A DNA stretch of 64,000 nt from IMG/VR virus record IMGVR_UViG_3300034374_008829, one strand, 5' to 3'. This document shows, one piece after another, positions 1 to 9,211 of the stretch; position 1 is the first letter of the stretch; each line of letters starts with the position of its first letter. Origin of the DNA: an uncultured virus (IMG/VR IMGVR_UViG_3300034374_008829) (lineage: Duplodnaviria > Heunggongvirae > Uroviricota > Caudoviricetes). Under the pieces are notes generated by a model. That model ran no database searches and had not been told where the DNA came from. It worked only from the letters and a program-made list of their open reading frames with translations. The position numbers and the translations under genes are program-made.

Positions 1-52
1 CCTGCAAAAGCAGTTTGCCTCAAGCTGACGTGACTCGACCCCGGTCGCGGCT

Positions 53-427
53 TCAGGCGCCGTGTTCGTCCGAGACTGGATACTTCGGATAGTTCTTGTA
101 TGCATTACGCATAAGATCCTTGAGGCGATCTATGCTGTTCTGCATTTTAGTCTTGGCATCAGAGCTGGAATTGTCGACATGATGCTGTGTGCAGGAGAGG
201 TCCCACGCACGTTCCAGATGTTTGATGTCTGAGAGTTTTGCGGGAGCGTCCCGATCTTGATCCAGAATGACATCCATGCATGGAATCAGAATGTCTTCCA
301 AATAAGTCTTTGTGCTGTCAGCTAGATCCCATGTCGAATCATCGTCATCGCTCTGCATGAGCATCAGAACAATAATTTCTTTTTGTGCTTTGTCGAGAAT
401 TTCAACTAATTGATCAAAAGCCGCCAT
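53..427 (-). CDS. hypothetical protein
   Basis: 124-aa ORF with a sigma70-like promoter upstream. Confidence 0.6.
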   Translation of the reverse strand: MAAFDQLVEILDKAQKEIIVLMLMQSDDDDSTWDLADSTKTYLEDILIPCMDVILDQDRDAPAKLSDIKHLERAWDLSCTQHHVDNSSSDAKTKMQNSIDRLKDLMRNAYKNYPKYPVSDEHGA

Positions 428-451
428 GATGTGGGGGTTGCGGTCGATTGA

Positions 452-479
452 ATGCTAGCTCGGATCCCAGTGATGGCAA
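452..479 (-). promoter_or_regulatory. sigma70-like early promoter TTGCCA-N16-TAGCAT
   Basis: Hexamers read on the minus strand just upstream of the ORF starting at 427. Confidence 0.4.
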
Positions 480-915
480 GGCCTGTCCCTGACAGATTAA
501 AAAAATTAATAAAAATATTATTTATTAAAATAAAAATTTATTTATGAGCAGAAGGCAGTCTCATGCAATGCTCCAAGTAGGAAGTCACCAGGGTCAACTC
601 GTTGATTTTGATTTCAATCTCAACGATAAAACGCGAAATGTACTGTGCATCGGCTTCTGTTGGAGCGTATTCCAGCCAGTGCCTTGCGTTTTCTAAAATG
701 CGACATAGATAATACAAGCTTGGGTTGGTTGGCAAGTGTTGTGATTTCATGTACCAATTAATGCAACAAACTAGCCTACCTTCAAAATATCGCCTGTAAG
801 GCCTTTGTAATACCTCTCGGCCATAATGACACCTAAAATATAATTCAGAGGCCTTCTAGGGCCTTCTAGATGCCTCTCAGCGCCAATGGAAGTATATTCC
901 AGTCGTCAGAATGTG

Positions 916-1227
916 ATGCTGAGCACGCAAACTCGCCTGCGCGTTGAATTTATTTGCGATTGCATTGCTTCTGGCAAAGTTGTTGGTTTGGACGATATGG
1001 CATGGATTCAGAAGTGGGCAAACGTCAATCCGACAGTGGCAAAAATGCTCAGGCAAGCACGCCGTAAAGCTGTAAGCGGTGAAAATGCCACCGAGCTGGA
1101 TGAATTCTGTAACGCGATGGACATCGGTGACCCGGATCCAAGTAACCATCTAGAGGGACCTCAAGACCCCGTCGACCTCGCTCAATGGTTCACCGATCGG
1201 CAAAGGTGGTTCAGAGGTGAGCAGTAG
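916..1227 (+). CDS. conserved cyanophage hypothetical protein
   Basis: MLSTQTRLRVEFIC...LRQARR...GDPDPSNH pattern recalled from cyanophage proteins; start moved to ATG 916. Confidence 0.7.
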   Translation: MLSTQTRLRVEFICDCIASGKVVGLDDMAWIQKWANVNPTVAKMLRQARRKAVSGENATELDEFCNAMDIGDPDPSNHLEGPQDPVDLAQWFTDRQRWFRGEQ

Positions 1228-1291
1228 CACTTCAGATGACAAAGCCCCTGGGGCTCGGCTATGATTTTGGCAAATCAGCTGAGGCACCACC

Positions 1292-1624
1292 ATGTTCAGC
1301 CAGTATTTGAAGCAAATCAGCAAGTCTTACGAAAGCTTTTACGAAGCCAAGGCAGAAGCACAGCTGTTTGAAATGATTCGCGGTGATAAGGAATTAACCT
1401 ATAAGAACTTAAGGAAAGTTGTTAAGAATATGTACTGGGATCTCTCTCTGCAGTGCAATCAGCACGGCTGTTACTTCATCCAAGACGATATCCAGAAAAA
1501 ACCAATCTATTCCGCTCCAATCGGTTCTCTTGAGCGCGTAGCTCAATGGATGTTTGACGGCGTTCTTGAATGTCGTAAAGCCAAGCAACTCAAGACTTTA
1601 GTCTCGGCAACAGCAGAACTATAA
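1292..1624 (+). CDS. hypothetical protein
   Basis: 110-aa ORF; ATGACA-N18-TATGAT upstream at 1236-1265. Confidence 0.6.
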   Translation: MFSQYLKQISKSYESFYEAKAEAQLFEMIRGDKELTYKNLRKVVKNMYWDLSLQCNQHGCYFIQDDIQKKPIYSAPIGSLERVAQWMFDGVLECRKAKQLKTLVSATAEL

Positions 1625-1681
1625 GCACAAAAAGGAGACCAGTAAGAATACTGCCTCCATATAACGCAAAATTGTGAGCCA

Positions 1682-1900
1682 CTAGGTCTCGGGGATGTTT
1701 TCCTTGGCTACCGCTACTAGCCTAGATCTCATCTGTTCATTTATGTTTGCTAACAGCTCATGTGCATGATCTAGATCGTAGGCGCCGACAATATAATATT
1801 TTTTTGTTTCCGTATCCTGGAAGTAAAACTTTTCGAGAGGCCTGACTTCGGCTTCATCCACAAATAAAAAAGCAGCCCGGAAAGGCTGCCAATCAATCAA
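1682..1900 (-). CDS. hypothetical protein
   Basis: 72-aa ORF coupled to the upstream gene. Confidence 0.55.
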   Translation of the reverse strand: MIDWQPFRAAFLFVDEAEVRPLEKFYFQDTETKKYYIVGAYDLDHAHELLANINEQMRSRLVAVAKENIPET

Positions 1901-2172
1901 AACTCGTGGACTTGGCCTTTTACCGTGATCTTGAACACACGGTTAACATCGAAGGAGCGCCAAGTGGTTTTGCCCTCTTCCTTGTTGTTCACCTCACGGA
2001 TGCGGATGATATCAGGGTTGGAAGAAGGCTTGCCGGTACCGACGATCTCGTTGAAATCACGAGGGTTGAAGGTGATGTGGCGCTCAGTGCCGTCTTTCTT
2101 AGTGAAGTCAACGCCAACGAAGGTGGAACCAGCGCCAGCGATGAGTTGCTTGATCTGTTCGAGCTTGGTCAT
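1897..2172 (-). CDS. Sm-like/SH3 beta-barrel (WYL_2/DUF2693-like) protein
   Basis: FTKKDGTER...WRSF motif; ATG at 2172. Confidence 0.7.
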   Translation of the reverse strand: MTKLEQIKQLIAGAGSTFVGVDFTKKDGTERHITFNPRDFNEIVGTGKPSSNPDIIRIREVNNKEEGKTTWRSFDVNRVFKITVKGQVHEF

Positions 2173-2198
2173 TTGAGGGATCCCTCTTGGACCCCTCA

Positions 2199-2229
2199 AT
2201 TATAGCACCATCAATGGCAGACCTGTCAA
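2199..2229 (-). promoter_or_regulatory. sigma70 promoter TTGACA-N19-TATAAT with extended -10 (TGC-TATAAT)
   Basis: Both hexamers are perfect consensus; the spacer is long. Confidence 0.7.
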
Positions 2230-2233
2230 GCCC

Positions 2234-2401
2234 TTAAACGGTGTGCTTGATGCCTCGATACTTCAGCTCTGCATGGGGCTCATCACGGTTCCCCTTGTGA
2301 GTCTCATAACTGTTGCCCCGGTACACCAGGGCAGCATGCTGGGCATCTTTAACGCGCTGGTCACGCAGAATACGCTGACGCAGCAATTCGAGGTGGTTCA
2401 T
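2234..2401 (-). CDS. DUF4278-family small protein (55 aa), not in ORF track
   Basis: MNHLELLRQRILRDQRVKDAQHAALVYRGNSYETHKGNRDEPHAELKYRGIKHTV; two LxYRG motifs. Confidence 0.8.
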   Translation of the reverse strand: MNHLELLRQRILRDQRVKDAQHAALVYRGNSYETHKGNRDEPHAELKYRGIKHTV

Positions 2402-2417
2402 TGAACGTCTCCACAGC

Positions 2418-2470
2418 TCAGAGCCCCGTTGCCTGCTCTGAAATCATGCGGTCCCGAAGGACTCAACGTT
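2418..2470 (-). ncRNA. glutamine-II riboswitch (Downstream-peptide motif)
   Basis: CGUUG/CAACG P1, GUCC-UUCG-GGAC P2, CGCAUG, AACGGGG, UCAGAGC/GCUCUGA pseudoknot; directly upstream of a DUF4278 ORF. Confidence 0.8.
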
Positions 2471-2478
2471 GCCCTATT

Positions 2479-2652
2479 TTACCTATCCGACCAAGGGAAA
2501 TATGTCCCGTAAAGCATTGTTGCTTCATAATGTTGGCCTTCTCTAATCAGGCGCTCGATCTCCTTACGAATCGCTTTTAGCTCTTCGTCGCTAAGGTCTT
2601 GCGGACGCAATCGCTTTAGTTCATCTATATCCCTCATATCCCAGCTTGCCAT
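2479..2652 (-). CDS. hypothetical protein (57 aa), not in ORF track
   Basis: MASWDMRDIDELKRLRPQDLSDEELKAIRKEIERLIREG...; translated by hand. Confidence 0.55.
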   Translation of the reverse strand: MASWDMRDIDELKRLRPQDLSDEELKAIRKEIERLIREGQHYEATMLYGTYFPWSDR

Positions 2653-2677
2653 AAAAAAATCCCCCCGAAGAGGGATT
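2653..2677 (-). terminator. intrinsic terminator
   Basis: AUCCCUC-UUCG-GGGGGAU followed by a U-tract. Confidence 0.75.
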
Positions 2678-2784
2678 GTGAGTATTTTATGACTTACTAA
2701 GTCATGATCAACAACTGAACGCTAACGTCCTAAGTTACCGCCACCACTGGGTTTTCAGCCGAACAAGCCGTACCCAGAGAACCG

Positions 2785-3276
2785 TCAAACAAGCTTGATG
2801 TGCATGACGTCGGAAGTTACTTCGACATCCTGATCCTGAGACAGGCAGAGATTGTAAAGACTGTCTTCACCCTTCCGGTAAAAGACACGCATACGAGGAA
2901 CAGTAAAAACTTCTTCCAGCGAGGCAAAGATGTTATTGATGCTATCTACGAAGTTGCTGGACCACTTCAATGGCTTTCCATTTTCCTGCCGGTAATGCAG
3001 GAAATAAGGAGGCATGAAGGTAATGGTCTTCAGGCGGTTGGTCTTTGGATCAATTCGAAAATCCAAATACAAATCCTTGGACTCCCGATACAGGAAAGTC
3101 GTTTTGCAACCATCGGAACTATGGTCACGAACAACTTCAGAGCCGTATTTGGGATGTCCGATATGGATCATCCGCTGCTTGTCAAGCTTGCCCTGCCAAA
3201 GGGAATCAAGTTTGACCCGGTCGTGTGCTAGCTGGTTGTGGATGCTCATGGGAGAGTCCTCCGTGACTTGAGTCAT
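2785..3276 (-). CDS. hypothetical protein
   Basis: 163-aa ORF in a tightly packed operon. Confidence 0.6.
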   Translation of the reverse strand: MTQVTEDSPMSIHNQLAHDRVKLDSLWQGKLDKQRMIHIGHPKYGSEVVRDHSSDGCKTTFLYRESKDLYLDFRIDPKTNRLKTITFMPPYFLHYRQENGKPLKWSSNFVDSINNIFASLEEVFTVPRMRVFYRKGEDSLYNLCLSQDQDVEVTSDVMHIKLV

Positions 3277-3424
3277 TATTGCTTGGGCTTGCCGAATCTG
3301 TCAAGGGGGACCTTAGTGCGCTGATTCTCAGCATGAGCCTTGCAAGTCTCTTTGTAACCGGGTGGCTCAAGGTCAGGACGCTTGGCAAAAATATCATTGA
3401 AGTCAGGAGCGGGGATTCCCTTTC

Positions 3425-3769
3425 TCATTTCAATTCTGGCGGAGATTGATTCGGTACTGCTTTCCAGTACCACCAGCGTTGCGTTTCGTTATCAAGGCGT
3501 TCGTTGTACATGGTCAGCACTTGCTGCCATTCGTTACCCCACGAGTCGTGACCGATAACAGAATAAGAATGGCATCGCCTTGCAGCTAAATCGGCTACAT
3601 ACCTTGGGCCAATGCGCCTCCAAGAAGGTTCCTTTCCTTTCCAGCTGATGCGACAGCACGGCCAAGGCAATTCTTCCCTGTCAAAGAGAACGCAGACAGG
3701 GCCAAGGATCTCGTAGCTAAAGCTGCCGCCAGGGGAACTTATCCAGTCCCCCGAATCAAGCAGCTTCAT
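3425..3769 (-). CDS. hypothetical protein (Trp-rich)
   Basis: 114-aa ORF with ATGA coupling. Confidence 0.6.
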   Translation of the reverse strand: MKLLDSGDWISSPGGSFSYEILGPVCVLFDREELPWPCCRISWKGKEPSWRRIGPRYVADLAARRCHSYSVIGHDSWGNEWQQVLTMYNERLDNETQRWWYWKAVPNQSPPELK

Positions 3770-4008
3770 TTGCCGCGACGACGCTTGACTTTCTTCGCTT
3801 CTTGTTCAGTGATCTCAGTCAAGCAGTACATCTGACCATTCATGAGCATGATCACGTCTTCAAGGGAATCCCTGAAGGCTTCTGTCTGCTCAATTGCATC
3901 CGCAACGTCAGTGAACAGCATCTCCTTTACGTTGCCTCCGTGATCAGAGAACAACTGTGCTTCATCTTCCTTGAAGATATAGCGAACGAGGATTGTTTCG
4001 GGCTGCAT
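3766..4008 (-). CDS. hypothetical protein
   Basis: 80-aa ORF; GGTAAATTGA motif 18 nt upstream. Confidence 0.6.
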   Translation of the reverse strand: MQPETILVRYIFKEDEAQLFSDHGGNVKEMLFTDVADAIEQTEAFRDSLEDVIMLMNGQMYCLTEITEQEAKKVKRRRGK

Positions 4009-4039
4009 GGGCCTGTGCCGTTACTTCAATTTACCAGAA

Positions 4040-5575
4040 TCAGCTGGATTCGCTTGGTTGATTTTGTGTTTCTGTCGGGTTTTCTTCAGGTTTTTGATTT
4101 ACTTCAGGTTCTGGTTGTAAAAGTTGACGCGCCTCCTGTTCCTCTAGGCTCGACACCAGATTCTCTTGACGGTCGCCCTCGATCCGCTCAATTTCCTGAT
4201 CCACAACCAAGTCAGGGTCAAGGATCCCGCCACGTTGCAGTTCATCCAGAACAGTCACCTTGCTCAGCAGGCCAGACGTGTACAGGTTGACCAGTTGGGC
4301 CATCTCGGAGGCACCCAGCGGCTTGTTGATCAGCGAATCGTTGATCGCTAACCCAGATTCAGGGCTAATCTGCTCGACCTCACCCGCGTACCAAGCCCAA
4401 AGCTTCATGACATAACCGAACATGCTGGTCTTGTTACGGACCAATGCCGAGACGCTTGAGGCAACCTGAGACGCCCGCAAAGATGCTTCTGTAGCGGTTT
4501 TTACGTTTGCCCCATACAGGAAGTTCAAAGAGCTGCGATCCATCAGCTCTTCAATGTGGATAATCTCTGCTTGGTGGCGCTGCAGGCTCATGCCAGTCGG
4601 TTCAGCGAATTTAAAATCGCCACCATCTGCAGAAAGATCAACTGCAGTATTGGGTCCAATAATCAGAGGCGCTGGACGCCCATCAGGACCAATAGTTGCC
4701 CCTTTCCGTACAGGAACAGGCATCGCACACTTATGAAGAAGTTCTGATAGGTCAGAACGCATCTGGAAATGCTGAATGCTCAGATCAGCCAAACCAGAAA
4801 GAGGCAGATCACCAGCAGCGAATCGGGTAGTCGAAGCCCCGTACCAAACAATCGGGACAACCGGAAGAGTCGTCTCAACTGAATTGATCAGCTTATTAAC
4901 CCAACGCTTAGGACCAACCCTTTCAAGCTGATACTGCTCTACTCGGCCAGCAGTTAAAACAAAATAAACTGGCTCGACAACAGATCCAAAACGCCCCTCA
5001 GGATCAGGCGTAGAGCGAAGTTGGCGAACGGTGGCATGCTCGATGACCTCTTGGCCACCCTCGTACCGTACCGACCAGTTAATTACATCAGCACGATTAA
5101 CACTAATCAAATATGGATGGCGACCATCGTTCATCTGGTCGAAGAAATTATTAGCACCTGTCTCAGGCATCATGTCGACCATGACATAGCTGCCACCGTC
5201 GCGCAGTGCTTTTTCATCCACGCCAGTCATGAATGACTGCAGACTGGACCCAGCCAAATCGACGTTTACAATCGAATCCTGAAGGCTCTGGGGCGCATCG
5301 ATCAGCTGAAAGCGACTTAGCAAGCCTGCATAGCTTTTGATTGCATCCCTATAAATGGGAGCATAAGTCGCCCTGTCTAAGCGTGCGCTGTAAGCAGGAT
5401 CAGGCTCAGCTGGCTCTTTCGGTAAATATTTTCTTTTTGTCTCGCCTTCCCCGTCAGAATTCAACAAAGCCCAACAGTCGGAAGCCTTCTCCAACTGGGG
5501 AAGCAGCCGCACTAGTTCAGGGCGATGATAAGAGACTAGAGACGGATCATTGATTGGGTGGGAGATTCCCTGCAT
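4040..5575 (-). CDS. portal protein (DUF4055-like)
   Basis: YLPKEPAEPDPAYSARLDRA N-terminus, LADLSIQHFQMRSDL and KTATEA motifs, about 510 aa; start probably ATG 5575. Confidence 0.85.
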   Translation of the reverse strand: MQGISHPINDPSLVSYHRPELVRLLPQLEKASDCWALLNSDGEGETKRKYLPKEPAEPDPAYSARLDRATYAPIYRDAIKSYAGLLSRFQLIDAPQSLQDSIVNVDLAGSSLQSFMTGVDEKALRDGGSYVMVDMMPETGANNFFDQMNDGRHPYLISVNRADVINWSVRYEGGQEVIEHATVRQLRSTPDPEGRFGSVVEPVYFVLTAGRVEQYQLERVGPKRWVNKLINSVETTLPVVPIVWYGASTTRFAAGDLPLSGLADLSIQHFQMRSDLSELLHKCAMPVPVRKGATIGPDGRPAPLIIGPNTAVDLSADGGDFKFAEPTGMSLQRHQAEIIHIEELMDRSSLNFLYGANVKTATEASLRASQVASSVSALVRNKTSMFGYVMKLWAWYAGEVEQISPESGLAINDSLINKPLGASEMAQLVNLYTSGLLSKVTVLDELQRGGILDPDLVVDQEIERIEGDRQENLVSSLEEQEARQLLQPEPEVNQKPEENPTETQNQPSESS

Positions 5576-5650
5576 TGCCTTCACAGCGATGGTGGCTTCG
5601 CGCCGTAACAATGAAGGAGCCTCTCGCAGCCTTCAATACCTAGGATGCCA

Positions 5651-6160
5651 TCACCCTTTAGAGGCAACGACTCCCATATCGTTGTTATATCTGCCCGTCA
5701 AAGAATATGGACGATGAGGAATATCATCCAGTTTCATAAAACGGAGCTGACCAATTCGCATCCCGAAATTGATCGGCAGCGTGTGAAACCTGTTAATGTT
5801 CGATATTTCCAGTGTTACCTGACCTGTAAAACCTGCATCGATGTAACCAGCTAATGCATGCTCATACCCCTCTCTACCACGAGAAGATTTAAGTTGAAAC
5901 ACTGCCTCCATGTTGTTAGGCACTCGGACAATCTCAACCGTATGAGCCAAAATGAATTCACCAGGCCTTAGCACGTAAGGCTTCTCAAGCAGATTCCACG
6001 GCATCCACCTTGGAGATGCTGGACTGGTTCCTTCGGTAAAAATCGTCTCGCCAATCCGAACATCGTAAGACGCTGGATTAAGCTGCTCTGCATCAAAGGG
6101 CTCGATGAGGCCCATGTCGCGAGAGAGCTGACGAATCTGGTGGTCGACGATAGTAGGCAC
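5651..6160 (-). CDS. dcd: dCTP deaminase
   Basis: QLNPASYDVR, KSSRGREG, AGYIDAGFTGQVTLEI, GMRIGQL motifs. Confidence 0.93.
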   Translation of the reverse strand: MPTIVDHQIRQLSRDMGLIEPFDAEQLNPASYDVRIGETIFTEGTSPASPRWMPWNLLEKPYVLRPGEFILAHTVEIVRVPNNMEAVFQLKSSRGREGYEHALAGYIDAGFTGQVTLEISNINRFHTLPINFGMRIGQLRFMKLDDIPHRPYSLTGRYNNDMGVVASKG

Positions 6161-6348
6161 TAGAAACCTTTGAATTTTTTACGAAGGGGCAAGTAACGAT
6201 TCCAAGCTTGCTGGAGGCGCTCTACGTCGGAAGGGACAAGCTTTTTGCGCTTGTATGTGCCCTCTTGAAGCATCTCAAAGATTTTGTACTTTTCTTGAAA
6301 CTCACGCCTTGCAGCGTTGTATTCGGCCTCAAGTTCTTCGTCCGTCAT
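6160..6348 (-). CDS. hypothetical protein
   Basis: 62-aa ORF coupled to dcd. Confidence 0.55.
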   Translation of the reverse strand: MTDEELEAEYNAARREFQEKYKIFEMLQEGTYKRKKLVPSDVERLQQAWNRYLPLRKKFKGF

Positions 6349-6374
6349 GCCTCCATTTTACCGAGGGCAGGCAA

Positions 6375-6400
6375 TAAAAAAAGACCCTCCGAAGAGGGCC
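6375..6400 (-). terminator. intrinsic terminator
   Basis: GGCCCUC-UUCG-GAGGGUC followed by a U-tract. Confidence 0.75.
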
Positions 6401-6434
6401 TCGTTTTGGCTTGAATCAGAACTCTAGCAGACTT

Positions 6435-6614
6435 TTAGTCGTCTAGGTGCTTTTCGATGATTTCACCGATGAGGTCGGTAAAACTGTCACGGAAAGCCCA
6501 TTTCAAATCAGACTTACTAGCCTTGATTCGAGTCACCGTAAGAGGCGGCAGGGTCAAGGTACAAGTTGCCTCAATCAGACCCATTTCGTTTTTGTTGTAA
6601 ACCGTATCCAGCAT
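6435..6614 (-). CDS. hypothetical protein (59 aa) downstream of RNR, not in ORF track
   Basis: MLDTVYNKNEMGLIEATCTLTLPPLTVTRIKASKSDLKWAFRDSFTDLIGEIIEKHLDD. Confidence 0.65.
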   Translation of the reverse strand: MLDTVYNKNEMGLIEATCTLTLPPLTVTRIKASKSDLKWAFRDSFTDLIGEIIEKHLDD

Positions 6615-6634
6615 GGAAAGTGTGATAACACCAA

Positions 6635-8926
6635 TTACAGTGTAGCGGCAATGCCTACTGCCTCATCCTTGTCAGCCTTAGCTTCGCATGCAGCATTTGT
6701 GCAGCCAGCCACCGACTCGATAGACCACTCCTCAGAATCAAACTTCTTCAGAATGTCCAATAGGGACCGATCATCTGATTGAGCCACAATTTGACGAGGG
6801 AGGACAGCCAAGTCGTATTGCTTTTTGGTGATCGGCTCGAAAGGCAGTCGAGGGAATGTTTCGTTGGCATCAAAGCGAGCGAGGAGAGCCGCAGAGATGT
6901 AACCTGTTCCGTTCCGAATCGACTCGTCGATAAGTAGCGACAAGGTTTGGATTTCGTTTTCACGGAGTTCAATCGTTGCAGAAGTGTTGTGTTGGGTGTA
7001 GTGCTTTTGTACTTGCATGTACAAACCCCACTGTGCAGTGACAGGGAGCTTGTTCAGGTCGAACTCATCGCAGCCCGGAAGATTGGCCCAGCTGACCTCA
7101 GTAGGAATTTCAACGAGAACTTCCTGGACGCGAGGATCAGTGATGTCATCCAAAAGGTTGCCTTCATCATCGCGAGCACTTTGCGCTGGAATGACGTTGT
7201 AGCCATACTCAATCAATGAAGGAACAAGGGGATCCTTGACACCCAGAGTGATGCGACGAATGAATCGCTGAGCCTTGGGAGGGTGCCAGCCAGAAGAAGC
7301 GCCAGTCAGCAGGCTCTTGGTACCAGCAGGCTGGACAGTTGTGACGCGATTAGGCTCACGCAGCCCATGCTTCAGGCAGTATCCCTTGACGGCGGAAGTT
7401 GCTGCAACCTGCCAAATGTGCAGGTAGTTTTTCTCCTTCGGCTCAAAGTAGTTGGCAGCACGGCCTTCGGGACGACCGTCCATCATCCACTTCAGCCAAT
7501 CATAACCAAAAGCATGAACAAAGAAATCAAAAAGGCCGGTAAAAGAGACGCCAACGATTGGGTCAATATCCCGCGAATATTGATAGCGTTCGTGAATGAA
7601 CTTGTGCTGGAGTAGTGCGGCCACTTGTAGACCGGCTGCAGCAAAGGCGTCACGTTGTGCATCGTAATCTTCGGGATCAATGGTGTTGAGGTGGACTTCT
7701 GCGAGGTTGCAGTGGAAATCTCTACCAATAATTTCCCCGCAAGGATTCAGTCCGTAACGATCAATACGGTGCTGCAATTCTCTTTCATCAAGACCTTTAC
7801 GGAAGACGCGGAGCAGCGCCTTTGCAGCATCGCGACCCTGTTCGATATAAGTTTTGAGGAATTCCTGCTTGCGGCTTGCAGTGTTCAGGATATCGCGATT
7901 AGCACGGGCAACCGCTTCAGGAACATACTGAATAGCACCTTCCCCTGAGTCAAACTGCAAACGAACAGCGCTTTCGACTTCTTCGTAAGTCGGACGAGTG
8001 TGGTAGCAGCGGGTGTGATTAGCCATCCGAAGAGCCTCTTTCTTCGGATCCACACGCCAATTACCCGCTTCGTCTTGGGTATACAGACCAAGCTTTGCAA
8101 ACCTTGCTTCTTGGTCCAACTCGCTGAACTGACGCATGCCAGCTGAGCGGCGAATGTTGCCAGCAACAATGCAGGTAGCAGCCTCATCGATCAGAAGGCA
8201 AGCCTCAACCGTCGTCAGCTTGCGACCCACAGCCCCGTTCAGCAGGTCTACGACCTTCCTGAACATGGTTTCAAGCTTGATCGGATTAGCCGTACCGCCA
8301 AACCCCTTCAGACGCTCGCCAGCAGGCCTGACGTTGCTCAGGTCAATGGTCAGCTCAACAGTGTCCTTACTGTAGTAAGCCAGATAAATCAGATCCTGAT
8401 AAGCCTTAACCCATCCATTTCGGCTGTCGCCAACGATCAGGATTGACTGGCTGTCAGTCGTAAACAGCTTGGTATCGGGATCACCAGGCTTGGTTCCGAT
8501 TGGATTGACCCTGACAATATTGATCGCAGCGCTTACCTCGGGCAGCTCGTCGATGACTTCCTGCTCCAGGATGGCGCCCGTGCCAGAGCCCTGCATTGCT
8601 AGGTCCACAAGCAGACCAAAGGCCTCTAGGTCGACCATGTGGGTCGATGTGCAGTTGTAGTAACCGCTGAAATTCTCCTGCTTTTTACCCCATTCCGTAC
8701 CAGCTACCCAGAAAGCCCGACCAGAGGGGAAAGCATGCTGCGCCAAAGCCTGCTCTGCAACAAGCTTGTACTCATCAGCGCTGAACTTTCCGATCTCTGC
8801 AAGGTCGTTGACCGTGCGGAGCATCGCCTCACGAAAGTTTTCCCTGGTGCCGTCTTCCTTACGCCGGGAATAAGTGCGCAGAAATACAGTTTCAGCCGAT
8901 GGCGCAGAGTCCCGAAAATCGCTCAT
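6635..8926 (-). CDS. nrdJ: class II (B12-dependent) ribonucleotide reductase, cyanobacterial type
   Basis: YNCT, VAGNIRRSA, LNPCGEI, CNLAEV, TTVQPAGTKSLL and C-terminal CxxxxC; start ATG 8926. Confidence 0.92.
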   Translation of the reverse strand: MSDFRDSAPSAETVFLRTYSRRKEDGTRENFREAMLRTVNDLAEIGKFSADEYKLVAEQALAQHAFPSGRAFWVAGTEWGKKQENFSGYYNCTSTHMVDLEAFGLLVDLAMQGSGTGAILEQEVIDELPEVSAAINIVRVNPIGTKPGDPDTKLFTTDSQSILIVGDSRNGWVKAYQDLIYLAYYSKDTVELTIDLSNVRPAGERLKGFGGTANPIKLETMFRKVVDLLNGAVGRKLTTVEACLLIDEAATCIVAGNIRRSAGMRQFSELDQEARFAKLGLYTQDEAGNWRVDPKKEALRMANHTRCYHTRPTYEEVESAVRLQFDSGEGAIQYVPEAVARANRDILNTASRKQEFLKTYIEQGRDAAKALLRVFRKGLDERELQHRIDRYGLNPCGEIIGRDFHCNLAEVHLNTIDPEDYDAQRDAFAAAGLQVAALLQHKFIHERYQYSRDIDPIVGVSFTGLFDFFVHAFGYDWLKWMMDGRPEGRAANYFEPKEKNYLHIWQVAATSAVKGYCLKHGLREPNRVTTVQPAGTKSLLTGASSGWHPPKAQRFIRRITLGVKDPLVPSLIEYGYNVIPAQSARDDEGNLLDDITDPRVQEVLVEIPTEVSWANLPGCDEFDLNKLPVTAQWGLYMQVQKHYTQHNTSATIELRENEIQTLSLLIDESIRNGTGYISAALLARFDANETFPRLPFEPITKKQYDLAVLPRQIVAQSDDRSLLDILKKFDSEEWSIESVAGCTNAACEAKADKDEAVGIAATL

Positions 8927-9015
8927 ATCCGTTTTGAGATGCAGGGAAAGGCTTCCTACCCAAGCTACGGAGAACGGTCGATTTTGTAACTGTTTACAAC
9001 TCCATGTCAGCAAAC

Positions 9016-9039
9016 AAAAAAAAGAGCCCGTCTGGGCTC
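9016..9039 (-). terminator. intrinsic terminator
   Basis: GAGCCC-AGAC-GGGCUC followed by a U-tract. Confidence 0.75.
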
Positions 9040-9178
9040 AGAGATCAAAGATTCGTGCTTCAGGGGCGTCTGGATGAGACTCGACGTATTCCTGAAACGC
9101 TTTGTGTGAATCCTGCTGCGAGCCGTCTACCAGCCCGCATGTGCAGGGATCAGTGCCGCATTCCTCGCAAGGCAGCAT
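9038..9178 (-). CDS. CP12-like small protein (46 aa), not in ORF track
   Basis: MLPCEECGTDPCTCGLVDGSQQDSHKAFQEYVESHPDAPEARIFDL; the C-terminus matches the CP12 tail YCxxxPxxxECRxYD with both Cys replaced. Confidence 0.7.
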   Translation of the reverse strand: MLPCEECGTDPCTCGLVDGSQQDSHKAFQEYVESHPDAPEARIFDL

Positions 9179-9211
9179 GGTTCAAGGGATTACATATCCC
9201 CTAGAGGATTC

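Noticed and set aside
497..877. AT-rich tract and GGCCTTCTAG tandem duplication (850-869) as a genome end or pac site; ORF 538..750
   Set aside because: Too short to interpret without read-end data; the ORF has no supporting features
2234..2401. NblA call for the 55-aa ORF
   Set aside because: LxYRG motifs and the riboswitch context fit DUF4278; no LxLEQxF motif
2653..2725. Identification as Yfr1
   Set aside because: Lacks the exact ACUCCUCACAC motif; kept only as an sRNA candidate
8927..9015. Cobalamin riboswitch upstream of nrdJ
   Set aside because: The leader is under 90 nt and has no B12 box
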